A stretch of 59,760 bases of DNA, from the IMG/VR virus record IMGVR_UViG_3300045135_000357, positions 1 through 59,760 of that record; one strand, written 5' to 3'. Below are positions 7,645-17,362 of this stretch, piece after piece (the first letter of the stretch is position 1; every line of letters begins with the position of its first letter). Source of the DNA: a virus (taxonomy: Duplodnaviria > Caudoviricetes). A model generated the notes under the pieces. That model saw nothing but the letters and a program-made list of their open reading frames with translations, was not told where the DNA came from and did not search any database. The position numbers were made by a program, and so were the translations under genes.

Positions 7645-7673
7645 GTTATGCCAAGTTATGGTGTGGTTTACAA
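7645..7673 (-). promoter_or_regulatory. Possible promoter TTGTAA-N17-CATAAC
   Basis: Correct spacing ~60 nt upstream of the 7586 start; both hexamers imperfect. Confidence 0.4.
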
Positions 7674-7727
7674 TAGATAACGCCCAAACGATAACGCCTG
7701 ATAGCGTAGCGTAGCGCGTCGAAACGT

Positions 7728-7746
7728 GTTAGTGAGCGGCACTAAC
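7728..7746. promoter_or_regulatory. Conserved inverted repeat copy 11, GTTAGTG-agcgg-CACTAAC
   Basis: 5-nt spacer variant in the divergent early/late intergenic region. Confidence 0.8.
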
Positions 7747-8055
7747 AAAACGCCAACAGCGCAACCATACCCCACCCCCACCCCCCGAATTGGTTTTGGG
7801 ACTCCGCTGACTTCCTATGTATTACTAATCCAGACGAACAATCCCGCCCCAAAACATTTCGACATAATTTTTCCTAATAAAAACAAAGGCTTACATTTTA
7901 CCCACCCACCGGATTCGGCGCGCTCAGGGAAACACCCCCCTTATGGGACCCACGGGTCCCTCCGACCCCCAAAAATTTCGCTATGCTACCGAGTCTTGCG
8001 AAATCACACCGTAAGAACTACACTGATGCCATCGGCCACTAGCCTGCGACATGAC

Positions 8056-8646
8056 ATGACAATACATCTGACCCCGGAAAGCGGGATACCGGCAGAGGGC
8101 CGGACCCCGAGAGTGGACTTAAAAGAGCGTGCAGCCGCGTGCGCACGCACGGTTGAGTTGTTGTCAGAACATGGTCTCTCCACTGTAAAGACCCGCGAGG
8201 ATGACGAGCTTGCTGCTCAGCTCTCCGTCGCCTATGCCGAAAACCCTGAACACGCATCTAAAGTCGTTACACCGAAGCGAGTGGCTACGATGACCCCCGC
8301 TGCGATCCTAGAGACGAACAAGATTCTCAAGGAGTACGGGCACCACGTCGTGGAGTCCGCTGTTACAGTGCGTAACCTCGTGACTAACAAACTCCTGCTG
8401 GAGACGGAGAACCCGGACCCTCGGGTGCGTATGAAGGCGCTGGAGCTGCTGGGTAAGATCAGCGACGTTGGGTTGTTCGCGGAGAAGTCCGAGGTGACTA
8501 TCACGCACCAGACTACGGACGATCTGAAGGAGAACCTGCGTAGAAAACTGCAGAAGCTAAGTCAGCCCGACGAGATCGAGGACGCCGTGGTCATAGACGG
8601 CGATGCCATCGACGTGGATAAAGAGCTTGGGTTCGACGATGAATAA
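8056..8646 (+). CDS. terS: Probable terminase small subunit
   Basis: Directly upstream of and overlapping terL; RMKALELLGKISDVGLF motif; start probably MTIHL at 8056 rather than 7726. Confidence 0.65.
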   Translation: MTIHLTPESGIPAEGRTPRVDLKERAAACARTVELLSEHGLSTVKTREDDELAAQLSVAYAENPEHASKVVTPKRVATMTPAAILETNKILKEYGHHVVESAVTVRNLVTNKLLLETENPDPRVRMKALELLGKISDVGLFAEKSEVTITHQTTDDLKENLRRKLQKLSQPDEIEDAVVIDGDAIDVDKELGFDDE

Positions 8647-10189
8647 GGTGTTGGACTTTAGCGAGGAGGAGATCGAGCACATGCTCGCGAACCTCGACGC
8701 GTTCAGTCCAGAAGAGATTGCCGAGATCGACCGGATGGTGGACGAGCTTGCGACACGCAAGTCAAACCAAGCGGCGCATGACGATCTGCTGGCGTTCTGT
8801 AAGAAGATGGACCCGAACTACCTCGTGGGGCGGCACCACCGCATACTTGCCAACATGCTTATGGCCATTGAGCGTGGAGACAAAGACCGTATTTGCGTGA
8901 ACATGCCGCCCCGCCACGGTAAATCACAACTCGTGTCGATATTCTACCCCGCATGGTTCCTTGGGCGGAATCCCGACAAAAAAGTTATGATGGTGTCCCA
9001 CACCACGGACCTCGCGGTGGATTTCGGGCGTAAGGTGCGTAACCTCATCGCCACCGACCTGTATAAAGAAGTGTTTCCCGCTGTGGCGCTGTCCATCGAC
9101 TCAAAGTCAGCCGGCCGGTGGAACACAAACCACAAGGGCGAGTACTTCGCCTGTGGTATCGGTAGCTCCATCGCGGGTCGCGGTGCTGACCTGCTGCTGG
9201 TAGATGACCCTCACTCCGAACAAGACGTGCTGAACGGTAACTTCGAGGTGTTCGAGCGCGCATACGAGTGGTTTACCTTCGGTGCACGTACACGTCTGAT
9301 GCCCGGTGGGCGCGTGGCTATCGTGCAGACCCGCTGGCACTTGGACGACCTAACAGGCCGTGTAACACGTGACATGGCAAAGAACGACAAGTCTGACCAG
9401 TACGAGGTGGTCGAGTTCCCAGCGATCCTCGATGTAAAAGACAAGAAGACCAAGAAGGTCACGCAGAAGCCGCTGTGGCCGGAGTTCTTCGATCTGACAG
9501 CGCTGGAGCGCACCAAAGCCTCAATGCCGGTGTTCCAGTGGAACGCACAGTATCAGCAGCAACCCACCGCCGAGGAAGCCGCGCTGGTCAAACGGGAGTG
9601 GTGGTTGGAGTGGCCGCACGACGAGCCGCCGCCCTGCGAGTACATAATAATGTCGCTCGACGCCGCAGCAGAAAAGCACAATCGCGCTGACTTTACCGCC
9701 CTAACAACTTGGGGTGTGTTCCTCAACGAGGAGACCGGCGACTACAATGTAATATTGTTAAATAGCATAAAACAGCGTATGGAGTTTCCTGAGCTCAAAA
9801 AGCTGGCGATGGAAGAATACGCCGAATGGCAACCTGACTCGTTCATCGTTGAAAAGAAGAGCGCTGGCACGGCGCTCTATCAGGAGATGCGCCGTATGGG
9901 TCTGCCCGTGCAAGAGTTTACGCCACATCGTGGGTCCGGTGACAAGCTGGCCCGCCTGAACAGTGTGGCGGACATTGTTGCATCTGGTATGTGCTGGGTT
10001 CCGCAGACGCGCTGGGCCGAAGAAGTCGTGGAGGAGATTGCTGGATTCCCATTCATGTCGCATGATGACTTGGTGGACTCCACAGTCATGGCTCTTATGC
10101 GATTCCGTAATGGAGGGTTTATCCGCCTACCCACCGACGAACCGGAAGAGCAGAGATATTTCAAGCAACGCCGGGGCGGCTACTACTGA
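8639..10189 (+). CDS. terL: Terminase large subunit
   Basis: Walker A MPPRHGKS, GRGADLLLVDDP, QTRWH, YQQQP, RNase H-like C-terminus HDDLVDS. Confidence 0.95.
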   Translation: MNKVLDFSEEEIEHMLANLDAFSPEEIAEIDRMVDELATRKSNQAAHDDLLAFCKKMDPNYLVGRHHRILANMLMAIERGDKDRICVNMPPRHGKSQLVSIFYPAWFLGRNPDKKVMMVSHTTDLAVDFGRKVRNLIATDLYKEVFPAVALSIDSKSAGRWNTNHKGEYFACGIGSSIAGRGADLLLVDDPHSEQDVLNGNFEVFERAYEWFTFGARTRLMPGGRVAIVQTRWHLDDLTGRVTRDMAKNDKSDQYEVVEFPAILDVKDKKTKKVTQKPLWPEFFDLTALERTKASMPVFQWNAQYQQQPTAEEAALVKREWWLEWPHDEPPPCEYIIMSLDAAAEKHNRADFTALTTWGVFLNEETGDYNVILLNSIKQRMEFPELKKLAMEEYAEWQPDSFIVEKKSAGTALYQEMRRMGLPVQEFTPHRGSGDKLARLNSVADIVASGMCWVPQTRWAEEVVEEIAGFPFMSHDDLVDSTVMALMRFRNGGFIRLPTDEPEEQRYFKQRRGGYY

Positions 10190-10198
10190 GGGTAAGAA

Positions 10199-12679
10199 AT
10201 GGCTATCGAAAAAGGACTATACAGCGCCCCAATGGGCCTAGATGACGAGATGGAAGACCAGCTGGAGGGCGAATTGCCCGGTGAGGAGCTGGAAATCGAG
10301 ATTATTGACCCAGAAGCGGTCATTCTTGATGACGGGAGCATGGAAATCACACTGATTCCCGACGTCGAAACCGCCGATCTGGCGGATTTTGGGGCTAACT
10401 TGGCGGAATTTCTGGACGAGGGCGACCTCCGCGAGCTGTCTCAAGACCTCGTGGGGCTCATCGAAGCGGATATCGATAGCCGGAAAGACTGGGTTGAGTC
10501 CTATGTGCAGGGTCTAGACGTGCTTGGGTTCAAGTACGAGGAGCGTACAGACCCGTGGGAGGGTTCCTGTGGGGTGTATTCTACGATTTTGGCTGAAGCA
10601 GCCATCCGGTTCCAAGCTGAAACTATGTCTGAGACTTTCCCTGCCGCAGGGCCGGTCAAGGTAAAAATCCTTGGTGACGAGACTAAGGAGAAGATCGAGG
10701 CCGCGGAGCGCGTCAAGGCCGATATGAACTACGAGATCACCGAGCGGATGGTCGAGTACCGGTCTGAGCACGAGCGGATGCTCTATTCGCTGGGTCTGGC
10801 TGGGTCTGCGTTCAAAAAGGTTTATTTCGACCCCAATATGGGCCGTCAGGTATCGCTGTATATCCCTGCAGAAGACGTGATTGTGCCGTATGGCGCGAGC
10901 CACATCGAGACGGCGGAGCGCGTCACCCACGTGATGCGTAAAACCAAGAACGAGATGCAGAAGTTGATGGCCGCTGGGTTCTACCGCGACATCGATCTTG
11001 GCGATCCCGTGCCCTATCACTCTGATATTGAAGAGAAAAAGGCCGAAGAGGGCGGCTACAGCCTGACTGACGACAACCGCTTCGCACTCTACGAGTGCCA
11101 TGTCGAGATGGTTGTGCCGGGCGTGGACGACGAGGATGACCTCCCGAAGGCATACGTCGTTACTATTGAGCGTGGTTCTGGTGAGGTTCTGGCAGTCCGT
11201 CGTAACTACGAAGAAGGTGACGAACTGGCCCTGAAAAACCAGTATTTCGTACACTATCCGTACGTTCCGGGGTTTGGGTTCTATGGCCTTGGTCTAATCC
11301 ATATCATCGGTGGGTATTCGCGTGCTGGTACGTCGCTGATTCGCCAGCTGGTGGACGCAGGTACGCTGTCTAACTTGCCGGGTGGTCTGAAGACACGTGG
11401 CCTGCGTATTAAGGGCGATGATTCTCCCATCGAGCCGGGTGAGTTTAAGGACGTAGATGTGCCGTCGGGGTCTATCCGCGACAACATCATGCCCCTCCCG
11501 TACAAAGAACCGTCGCAAACACTGCTTGCCCTGCTTGATCGCATCACGCAGGAGGGACGTCGCCTCGGGGCTATCAGCGACCTGAATATCTCCGATATGT
11601 CGGCTAACGCACCAGTGGGTACCACACTTGCCCTGCTGGAGCGTACGCTGAAGCCGATGGCCGCGGTACAGGCGCGCGTACACTACGCGATGAAGCAAGA
11701 GTTCAAGATGCTCAAGGCTATCATCGCAGAGCACGCTCCCGAGGATTACTCGTACCAGCCAGCTCGTGGTGAGGTAGGCGCACGCCGCGCTGATTACATG
11801 ATGGTGGATGTGATCCCCGTCAGTGATCCTAACAGCTCCACGATGGCACAGCGTGTGGTCCAGTATCAGGCCGTGCTCCAGATGGCTCAGCAGGCTCCGC
11901 AGATTTACGATCTACCGGTCCTGCACCGCGAGATGATGGAGGTTCTGGGTATCAAGAACGCGGACAAGATCGTGCCGACTCGCGACGACGCGAAGCCGAC
12001 AGACCCGATCAGCGAGAACATGGCTGCACTGATTGGCAAGCCGATGAAAGCGTTCATCTACCAAGATCACCAAGCGCATATCGCTGCACACACATCGTTC
12101 CTACAAGACCCGATGATTGCGCAGATGATTGGCCAGAACCCACAAGCAAAGCAGATCATGGCGTCTTTGCAGGCCCATATCGCCGAGCACCTCGGGTTCC
12201 AGTACCGTCAGCAGATCGAGGAGAAGCTGGGCGCACCGCTGCCCGCACCGAACGAGGAGCTGCCAGAAGAAGTCGAGGTACAGCTGTCTCGCCTCGTGGC
12301 AGACGCTGGTCGCCAGCTTACGCAGGCACACCAGCAACAAGCCGCACAGCAGAAGGCACAGCAGCAACAACAAGACCCGATGTTCCAGCTGCAGCAAGCA
12401 GAACTCAAGGTCAAAGAGGCCGAGGTTCAGCGCAAAGCGGCAAAAGACCGTGCCGACGCAGCTGTCAAGCAAGAGCAGCTTAAACTGCAGACTGCGAAGG
12501 CCGCTACGGACGCCATGCTCAAGGCCGAGGACATCAAGGTTGCGAAGACTGAGCTCGCCATTGATGCAGAAGTCCGTGGTGTGGAGATGAGCCAAGCCCG
12601 CAGAGCTGCGCGCGACAAGACGCAGCTAGAGGTGGCGAAGCTCATGCAGCAAACCAAGCCAAAAGGGGAGAATAAATAA
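10199..12679 (+). CDS. Portal protein with long Gln-rich coiled-coil C-terminus (P22-like barrel)
   Basis: Position after terL, 826 aa, GFYGLGL and NAPVGTTLAL motifs, helical tail. Confidence 0.85.
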   Translation: MAIEKGLYSAPMGLDDEMEDQLEGELPGEELEIEIIDPEAVILDDGSMEITLIPDVETADLADFGANLAEFLDEGDLRELSQDLVGLIEADIDSRKDWVESYVQGLDVLGFKYEERTDPWEGSCGVYSTILAEAAIRFQAETMSETFPAAGPVKVKILGDETKEKIEAAERVKADMNYEITERMVEYRSEHERMLYSLGLAGSAFKKVYFDPNMGRQVSLYIPAEDVIVPYGASHIETAERVTHVMRKTKNEMQKLMAAGFYRDIDLGDPVPYHSDIEEKKAEEGGYSLTDDNRFALYECHVEMVVPGVDDEDDLPKAYVVTIERGSGEVLAVRRNYEEGDELALKNQYFVHYPYVPGFGFYGLGLIHIIGGYSRAGTSLIRQLVDAGTLSNLPGGLKTRGLRIKGDDSPIEPGEFKDVDVPSGSIRDNIMPLPYKEPSQTLLALLDRITQEGRRLGAISDLNISDMSANAPVGTTLALLERTLKPMAAVQARVHYAMKQEFKMLKAIIAEHAPEDYSYQPARGEVGARRADYMMVDVIPVSDPNSSTMAQRVVQYQAVLQMAQQAPQIYDLPVLHREMMEVLGIKNADKIVPTRDDAKPTDPISENMAALIGKPMKAFIYQDHQAHIAAHTSFLQDPMIAQMIGQNPQAKQIMASLQAHIAEHLGFQYRQQIEEKLGAPLPAPNEELPEEVEVQLSRLVADAGRQLTQAHQQQAAQQKAQQQQQDPMFQLQQAELKVKEAEVQRKAAKDRADAAVKQEQLKLQTAKAATDAMLKAEDIKVAKTELAIDAEVRGVEMSQARRAARDKTQLEVAKLMQQTKPKGENK

Positions 12680-12681
12680 CC

Positions 12682-12879
12682 ATGGCAAAAACCGTCTTTG
12701 ACGTGCTTACAGACAAACTCGACGAGCAAATCTCGTCTGCACAAGTATACCTGACCGGTGGTGCTCCAAAGGACTACGCCGCGTACAGGGAGGTTGTTGG
12801 CTTAATTCGGGGTCTCGAAGCTGGCAAATCTTACATCGAAGACCTCTCGCGAAACTATATGGACAACGATGATGACTGA
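12682..12879 (+). CDS. Hypothetical protein (65 aa)
   Basis: SD GGAG; coupled between portal and GroES; DYAAYREVVGLIRGL. Confidence 0.75.
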   Translation: MAKTVFDVLTDKLDEQISSAQVYLTGGAPKDYAAYREVVGLIRGLEAGKSYIEDLSRNYMDNDDD

Positions 12880-13249
12880 AGCAGCAGTTAAAATCAGCGA
12901 AGAACAGGCATTCGAGCAGCAGCTTCCGAAGCCTGTAGGCTACCGCCTACTGATTGCCCTCCCGCAGGCTCCTGAGACCTACGAGGGGACTAAAATCCTG
13001 AAAACCGACACGGAGCGTAACCGTGACCACATCATGTCTATCATTGGCGTGGTCGTGGATATGGGTGACGACGCATACAAAGACGCGTCGCGTTATCCTG
13101 ACGGTCCTTGGTGTAAGCGGGGCGATTACGTCATGTTCCGTATGAACTCAGGCACTCGCTTTAAGATGGGTGATATTGAGTACCGATTGATGAATGACGA
13201 TTCCATTGAGGCAGTGGTCGCTGATCCTCGTGGCATCCAGCGTGCGTAA
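12869..13249 (+). CDS. groES: Phage co-chaperonin, GroES/Cpn10-like
   Basis: PKPVGYRLLI...GVVVDMG...KRGDYVMF...EYRLMNDDSIEAVV follows the Cpn10 pattern. Confidence 0.8.
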   Translation: MMTEAAVKISEEQAFEQQLPKPVGYRLLIALPQAPETYEGTKILKTDTERNRDHIMSIIGVVVDMGDDAYKDASRYPDGPWCKRGDYVMFRMNSGTRFKMGDIEYRLMNDDSIEAVVADPRGIQRA

Positions 13250-13261
13250 GGGGGATACGGC

Positions 13262-14317
13262 ATGGCATTCCAAAAAGTCGAATACGAGTTCCCGGGCGAT
13301 AGCGACGAGGACACCGTAGACATCGAGATTGAGCCCTCCTCGGCTCAGCCTATGAAGCGCGGCGCAAAAGCCGAAAAAGAGATTGAAGTCGAAGTAGAGG
13401 ACGAGGCCCCTAAGAAGGCCAAAGCCAAAGCACCGGTGGAAGACGACGATATTGAGATCGACGTCGTTGACGATACGCCCCCAGCAGACCGCGGGCGTAC
13501 ACCATCAGAGCCGCCAGAAGACGTTACCGACGAGGAGCTCGAAGAGTATTCCGAGAAAGTACGCAAGCGGATCAAGCACTTCACTAAGGGCTACCACGAC
13601 GAGCGTCGCGCCAAAGAAGAAGCAATGCGTGAGCGGGCTGAACTGGAACGCCTTGCGCAGCAGCTTATGGATGAAAACCAGAAGCTGAAGACGTCAAGCT
13701 CCAAGAGCCAAGCAGCCCTTATCGAGCAGGCGAAGCGCACCGCAAAGTCAGACCTAGACTCCGCTAAAGCTGCGTACAAAACTGCGTATGATTCTGGGGA
13801 CGCAGACGCTGTGCTAGAAGCGCAAGAGAAGTTAACGGCTGCTACCAATAAGCTCGAAAGAGTAAGCAACATCAAAGTACCAGCTTTACAGGCGAAGGAA
13901 ACACCTGTACAAGTTAAGGGAGATGATACACCCGCCCCGGCTCCACAGGTCGATCCGCGGGCCTTGGATTGGAAAAATCGCAATCCTTGGTTCCAGAACG
14001 ACGACGAGATGACGAGTTTTGCGCTGGGGTTGCATAACAAACTCGTCAAAGAGGGCGTAAGTCCTCAAAGCGACACCTACTACGAGCGAATTGATGCTCG
14101 TATGCGACAAGTGTTCCCCGACCAGTTCGAGGACGCTAAACCGGATAACCCGGAGCCGAAGCGAAAGGCCTCGGTCGTGGCACCCGCAACGCGCAGCACT
14201 GCGCCAAAAAAGGTGACGCTGACCCGAACGCAGGTCCAAATCGCGAAGAGGTTGGGGCTAACTCCCGAACAATACGCCAAACAGGTTGCACTAGACATGA
14301 GGAAACAAAATGGCTGA
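13262..14317 (+). CDS. Probable capsid scaffolding protein
   Basis: Acidic N-terminus, coiled coil, NPWF and C-terminal AKRLGLTPEQYAK; located between portal and capsid genes. Confidence 0.65.
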   Translation: MAFQKVEYEFPGDSDEDTVDIEIEPSSAQPMKRGAKAEKEIEVEVEDEAPKKAKAKAPVEDDDIEIDVVDDTPPADRGRTPSEPPEDVTDEELEEYSEKVRKRIKHFTKGYHDERRAKEEAMRERAELERLAQQLMDENQKLKTSSSKSQAALIEQAKRTAKSDLDSAKAAYKTAYDSGDADAVLEAQEKLTAATNKLERVSNIKVPALQAKETPVQVKGDDTPAPAPQVDPRALDWKNRNPWFQNDDEMTSFALGLHNKLVKEGVSPQSDTYYERIDARMRQVFPDQFEDAKPDNPEPKRKASVVAPATRSTAPKKVTLTRTQVQIAKRLGLTPEQYAKQVALDMRKQNG

Positions 14318-14759
14318 GAATCGCATTAACCGCGAGCTTGAGACCCGCGAAAAGGCTACCCGCAAACGCAGCTGGCAGCGCCCGGAACTGCTTCCGTCGC
14401 CAACTCCTGAAGCTGGGTACGACTACCACTGGGTACGTATCAGTACTCAAGGCCAAGCCGACGCCACGAACGTTTCTTCGAAATTGCGTGAAGGTTGGGA
14501 ACCCGTCAAAGCGGCGGATCACCCGGAGATCACCATGGTTACCGTCGAGAACGACCGGTTTGCCGACAATGTGGTGATTGGCGGGCTGATGCTCTGCAAG
14601 GCACCAAAAGAGTTGGTTGAGGAGCGTAATGAATATTACGAAACCCAGACCAAGTCCCAGATGCACTCGGTGGATAACAACTTCATGCGTGAGAACGATC
14701 CTCGTATGCCCCTCTTCAATGAGCGGAAGACGAAGGTCACCTTTGGTAACGGAACTTGA
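14310..14759 (+). CDS. Conserved head-module protein (149 aa)
   Basis: YHWVR, REGWEPV and GGLMLCK motifs; overlap coupling. Confidence 0.7.
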   Translation: MAENRINRELETREKATRKRSWQRPELLPSPTPEAGYDYHWVRISTQGQADATNVSSKLREGWEPVKAADHPEITMVTVENDRFADNVVIGGLMLCKAPKELVEERNEYYETQTKSQMHSVDNNFMRENDPRMPLFNERKTKVTFGNGT

Positions 14760-14771
14760 TAGGAGCTTAAG

Positions 14772-15368
14772 ATGGCTTATCCTACTGTTAGCGGGCCCTA
14801 CGGCCTAGTTCCGGTGAAACTGTTGAGCGGGACCCCCTTCGTTGGTGGTGTATATCGTCAAATGAAGATCGCAAGTGGCTACGCTACTTCGATTTTCTTC
14901 GGCGATGCCGTGAAACTCGTCACCGGTGGTACTGTTGAGCGTGATACGTTTGACGCCGCAATGACGCCCGTTGGTGTCTTCATGGGTTGTCGGTACACTG
15001 ACCCGAATCTGGGTTATGAGCTGTACAGCCAGTCGTTCCCTTCGGGCACTGTGGCAGACGACATCGTCGCGTATGTCGCAGACGCAACCGATCTGCTGTT
15101 CAAAGTAGCCGTCGTGTCTTCGGGCACCACCATCGGCGATCTGGCACAGACCGACATCGGTGCGAACGTCGCAGGTGTGGACAACACCGGTGATTCGACT
15201 TCGGGTAACTCCCGTTGCGCGATCTCGGACACGTCCGCCACCACCGCAACTCTGCCGTTCCGCATCGTCGGTCTGGTAGAGGAAACCAAAAACAGCTCGG
15301 GTGGTTATACCGAAGCCTACGTTAAATGGAACGCAGGCCACCAGTATAGCAACACGACTGGTGTATAA
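14772..15368 (+). CDS. Probable capsid decoration/minor capsid protein
   Basis: Beta-rich 198 aa directly before the major capsid gene; strong SD. Confidence 0.6.
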   Translation: MAYPTVSGPYGLVPVKLLSGTPFVGGVYRQMKIASGYATSIFFGDAVKLVTGGTVERDTFDAAMTPVGVFMGCRYTDPNLGYELYSQSFPSGTVADDIVAYVADATDLLFKVAVVSSGTTIGDLAQTDIGANVAGVDNTGDSTSGNSRCAISDTSATTATLPFRIVGLVEETKNSSGGYTEAYVKWNAGHQYSNTTGV

Positions 15369-15380
15369 GGAGGCTGACTA

Positions 15381-16289
15381 ATGGCTATTTCACGCGCCCA
15401 GCTACTTAAAGAACTCCTTCCCGGGCTGAACGCTCTGTTCGGTATGGAGTACGCCAAATACGGTGAAGAGCACGCCGAAATCTTCGAAACCGAGTCTTCG
15501 GACCGTTCGTTCGAAGAAGAAACCAAGCTGTCGGGCTTCTCCGCAGCTCCGGTTAAAGGTGAAGGTGCTGCTATTGAGTATGACAATGCTCAAGAAGCAT
15601 GGACCGCCCGCTATACCCACGAAACCATCGCGATGGGCTTCTCGATCACCGAAGAAGCTATCGAGGATAACCTGTACGACTCGCTGTCGTCGCGTTATAC
15701 CAAAGCGTTGGCTCGTGCTATGGCATACACCAAGCAGGTTAAAGCTGCAGCCATCTTGAACAACGCGTTCGCGGCTGGCACGACTTACGGCGACGGCAAG
15801 TCGCTGTGTGCTACCGATCACCCGTTGGTCTCTGGTGGTGCTAACTCGAACCGTCCGGCAGTCGCTGCTGACCTTAACGAGACTTCGCTTGAAGCCGCCG
15901 TTATTGCTATCAGCCAGTGGACTGACGAACGTGGCCTGCTGATTGCAGCCAAGCCGCGCAAGCTGGTTATCCCGCCTGCCCTGCAGTTCGTTGCTACTCG
16001 CCTGCTGGACACCGAAGGTCGCGTTGGCACCGCCGACAACGACATCAACGCACTGCGTAACAACGGGTCTATCCCCGAAGGCTACACCGTGAACCACTAT
16101 CTGACGGACACCAATGCTTGGTTCCTGATGACCGACGTTCCGAACGGTCTGAAGCACTTCGTACGTGCGCCGATGTCCACCTCGATGGACGCGGACTTCG
16201 ACACCGGTAACTCGCGCTACAAAGCACGTGAACGTTACTCGTTCGGTGTTTCGGACCCGCTGGGTATCTACGGGTCGCCCGGGGCGTAA
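15381..16289 (+). CDS. Major capsid protein (HK97 fold, Mu gpT-like family)
   Basis: MAISRAQLLKELLPGLNALFG, ITEEAIEDNLY, KLVIPPAL, KARERYSFG; SD AGGAGG; downstream terminator. Confidence 0.9.
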   Translation: MAISRAQLLKELLPGLNALFGMEYAKYGEEHAEIFETESSDRSFEEETKLSGFSAAPVKGEGAAIEYDNAQEAWTARYTHETIAMGFSITEEAIEDNLYDSLSSRYTKALARAMAYTKQVKAAAILNNAFAAGTTYGDGKSLCATDHPLVSGGANSNRPAVAADLNETSLEAAVIAISQWTDERGLLIAAKPRKLVIPPALQFVATRLLDTEGRVGTADNDINALRNNGSIPEGYTVNHYLTDTNAWFLMTDVPNGLKHFVRAPMSTSMDADFDTGNSRYKARERYSFGVSDPLGIYGSPGA

Positions 16290-16321
16290 ATGTTCTCCCC
16301 CGAATAGCGCTCTGGCGCGAC

Positions 16322-16359
16322 GGAAGAGGCGGCGTAAGTCGCCTCTTCCTTTTTATTTT
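16322..16359 (+). terminator. Intrinsic terminator after the capsid gene
   Basis: GGAAGAGGCGGC-GTAA-GTCGCCTCTTCC then TTTTTATTTT. Confidence 0.9.
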
Positions 16360-16432
16360 GTTATGGTGTATTTTAGTGGCATCCCTGACAGCCGCATGGT
16401 GTGGCTGACTTGACCCACGACAGGAGATACAC

Positions 16433-16669
16433 ATGGGTACTACGACCTTTAGCGGTCCGGTTGTCTCGAACAACGGCTTCACCGGTGACGTAACCGGCGC
16501 AATCAAAGTTCCAACTTACACTGTTGCTACTGCACCTTCGGCTTCCACCGCTGGTGAAGGGACTGTCGTCTACGTCTCTGACGGCGCTGCAGGCTCCGCG
16601 ATTCTTGCGTTCTCGGATGGCACTAACTGGAAACGCTCCGATACTGGCGGCACCATCGCCGCATCGTAA
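16433..16669 (+). CDS. Small virion protein (78 aa), possible head fibre
   Basis: MGTTTFSGPV start; VYVSDGAAG...AFSDGTNWKR motif; SD AGGAG. Confidence 0.7.
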   Translation: MGTTTFSGPVVSNNGFTGDVTGAIKVPTYTVATAPSASTAGEGTVVYVSDGAAGSAILAFSDGTNWKRSDTGGTIAAS

Positions 16670-16680
16670 GGGGGTAGGTT

Positions 16681-16782
16681 ATGACTATCAAATGGGAACA
16701 AGCATCTAAGGAAGAGCTAGCCGAGCGTGACGCTGCGGCTAAGCCCGCTCCGAAGAAGGCCTCCAAGAAAAAGGAGGACTAA
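16681..16782 (+). CDS. Small Lys-rich protein (33 aa, MTIKWEQASKEELAERDAAAKPAPKKASKKKED)
   Basis: Below the ORF-track cutoff; fills the gap between neighbours; purine-rich SD-like sequence upstream. Confidence 0.6.
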   Translation: MTIKWEQASKEELAERDAAAKPAPKKASKKKED

Positions 16783-16785
16783 CGA

Positions 16786-17064
16786 ATGTCTAATTCAGAC
16801 GTCCGTTCCAAGCGAGTAACTACAGCGGCTTCTCTGGCTGTTGGTCCCGCACGTGTACGCCAAGTACAGGTTCTGACCACTTCTGGGGGCGCTGGTAGGC
16901 TCACTATCACCGACGGTGACGGTGGGCCCACAGTGTTGGACCTAGACTTCCTCGCCTCTGACTCGCACTCTGTTAACATCCCTGACTGGGGCATCCGTTG
17001 CGAAAGCGATGTGTTCATCACCACGATGACCAACATCAGCGCGATGACGGTATTCTATAGTTAA
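16786..17064 (+). CDS. Small beta-rich virion protein (92 aa)
   Basis: SD AGGAGG; IPDWGIRC...TVFYS ending. Confidence 0.75.
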   Translation: MSNSDVRSKRVTTAASLAVGPARVRQVQVLTTSGGAGRLTITDGDGGPTVLDLDFLASDSHSVNIPDWGIRCESDVFITTMTNISAMTVFYS

Positions 17065-17074
17065 GGATGGCAGT

Positions 17075-17362
17075 ATGCGCGTGTACTACAAAAAGGGTGG
17101 ATCGGTAAAATCCCCTGCTTGGCAACGTAAAGAGGGTAAGAACCCGGAAGGCGGCTTGAACGCCAAGGGCCGTGCATCTGCTAAAAAGCAGGGCATGAAC
17201 CTTAAACCTCCGGCACCGAACCCTAAGACCAAGAAAGACGCGTCGCGCCGCAAGAGCTTTTGTGCCCGTATGCAGGGCATGAAAAAGAAGAACACTAGCT
17301 CGAAGACCGCAAATGACCCGGATAGCCGGATCAATAAGAGCTTGAGAGCGTGGAACTGTTAA
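17075..17362 (+). CDS. Small basic phage protein (95 aa)
   Basis: GKNPEGGLNAKGR, RRKSFCARM and LRAWNC motifs. Confidence 0.75.
   Translation: MRVYYKKGGSVKSPAWQRKEGKNPEGGLNAKGRASAKKQGMNLKPPAPNPKTKKDASRRKSFCARMQGMKKKNTSSKTANDPDSRINKSLRAWNC

Noticed and set aside
994-7746. Palindromes as intrinsic terminators or REP/IS ends
   Set aside because: AT-rich stem, no U-tract on the coding (-) strand, position against SD sites, and no transposase or target duplications.
7726-8055. 110-aa N-terminal extension of terS from the ORF track
   Set aside because: Starts at a palindrome copy, lacks an SD, and crosses C-run, regulatory-looking sequence with atypical composition.
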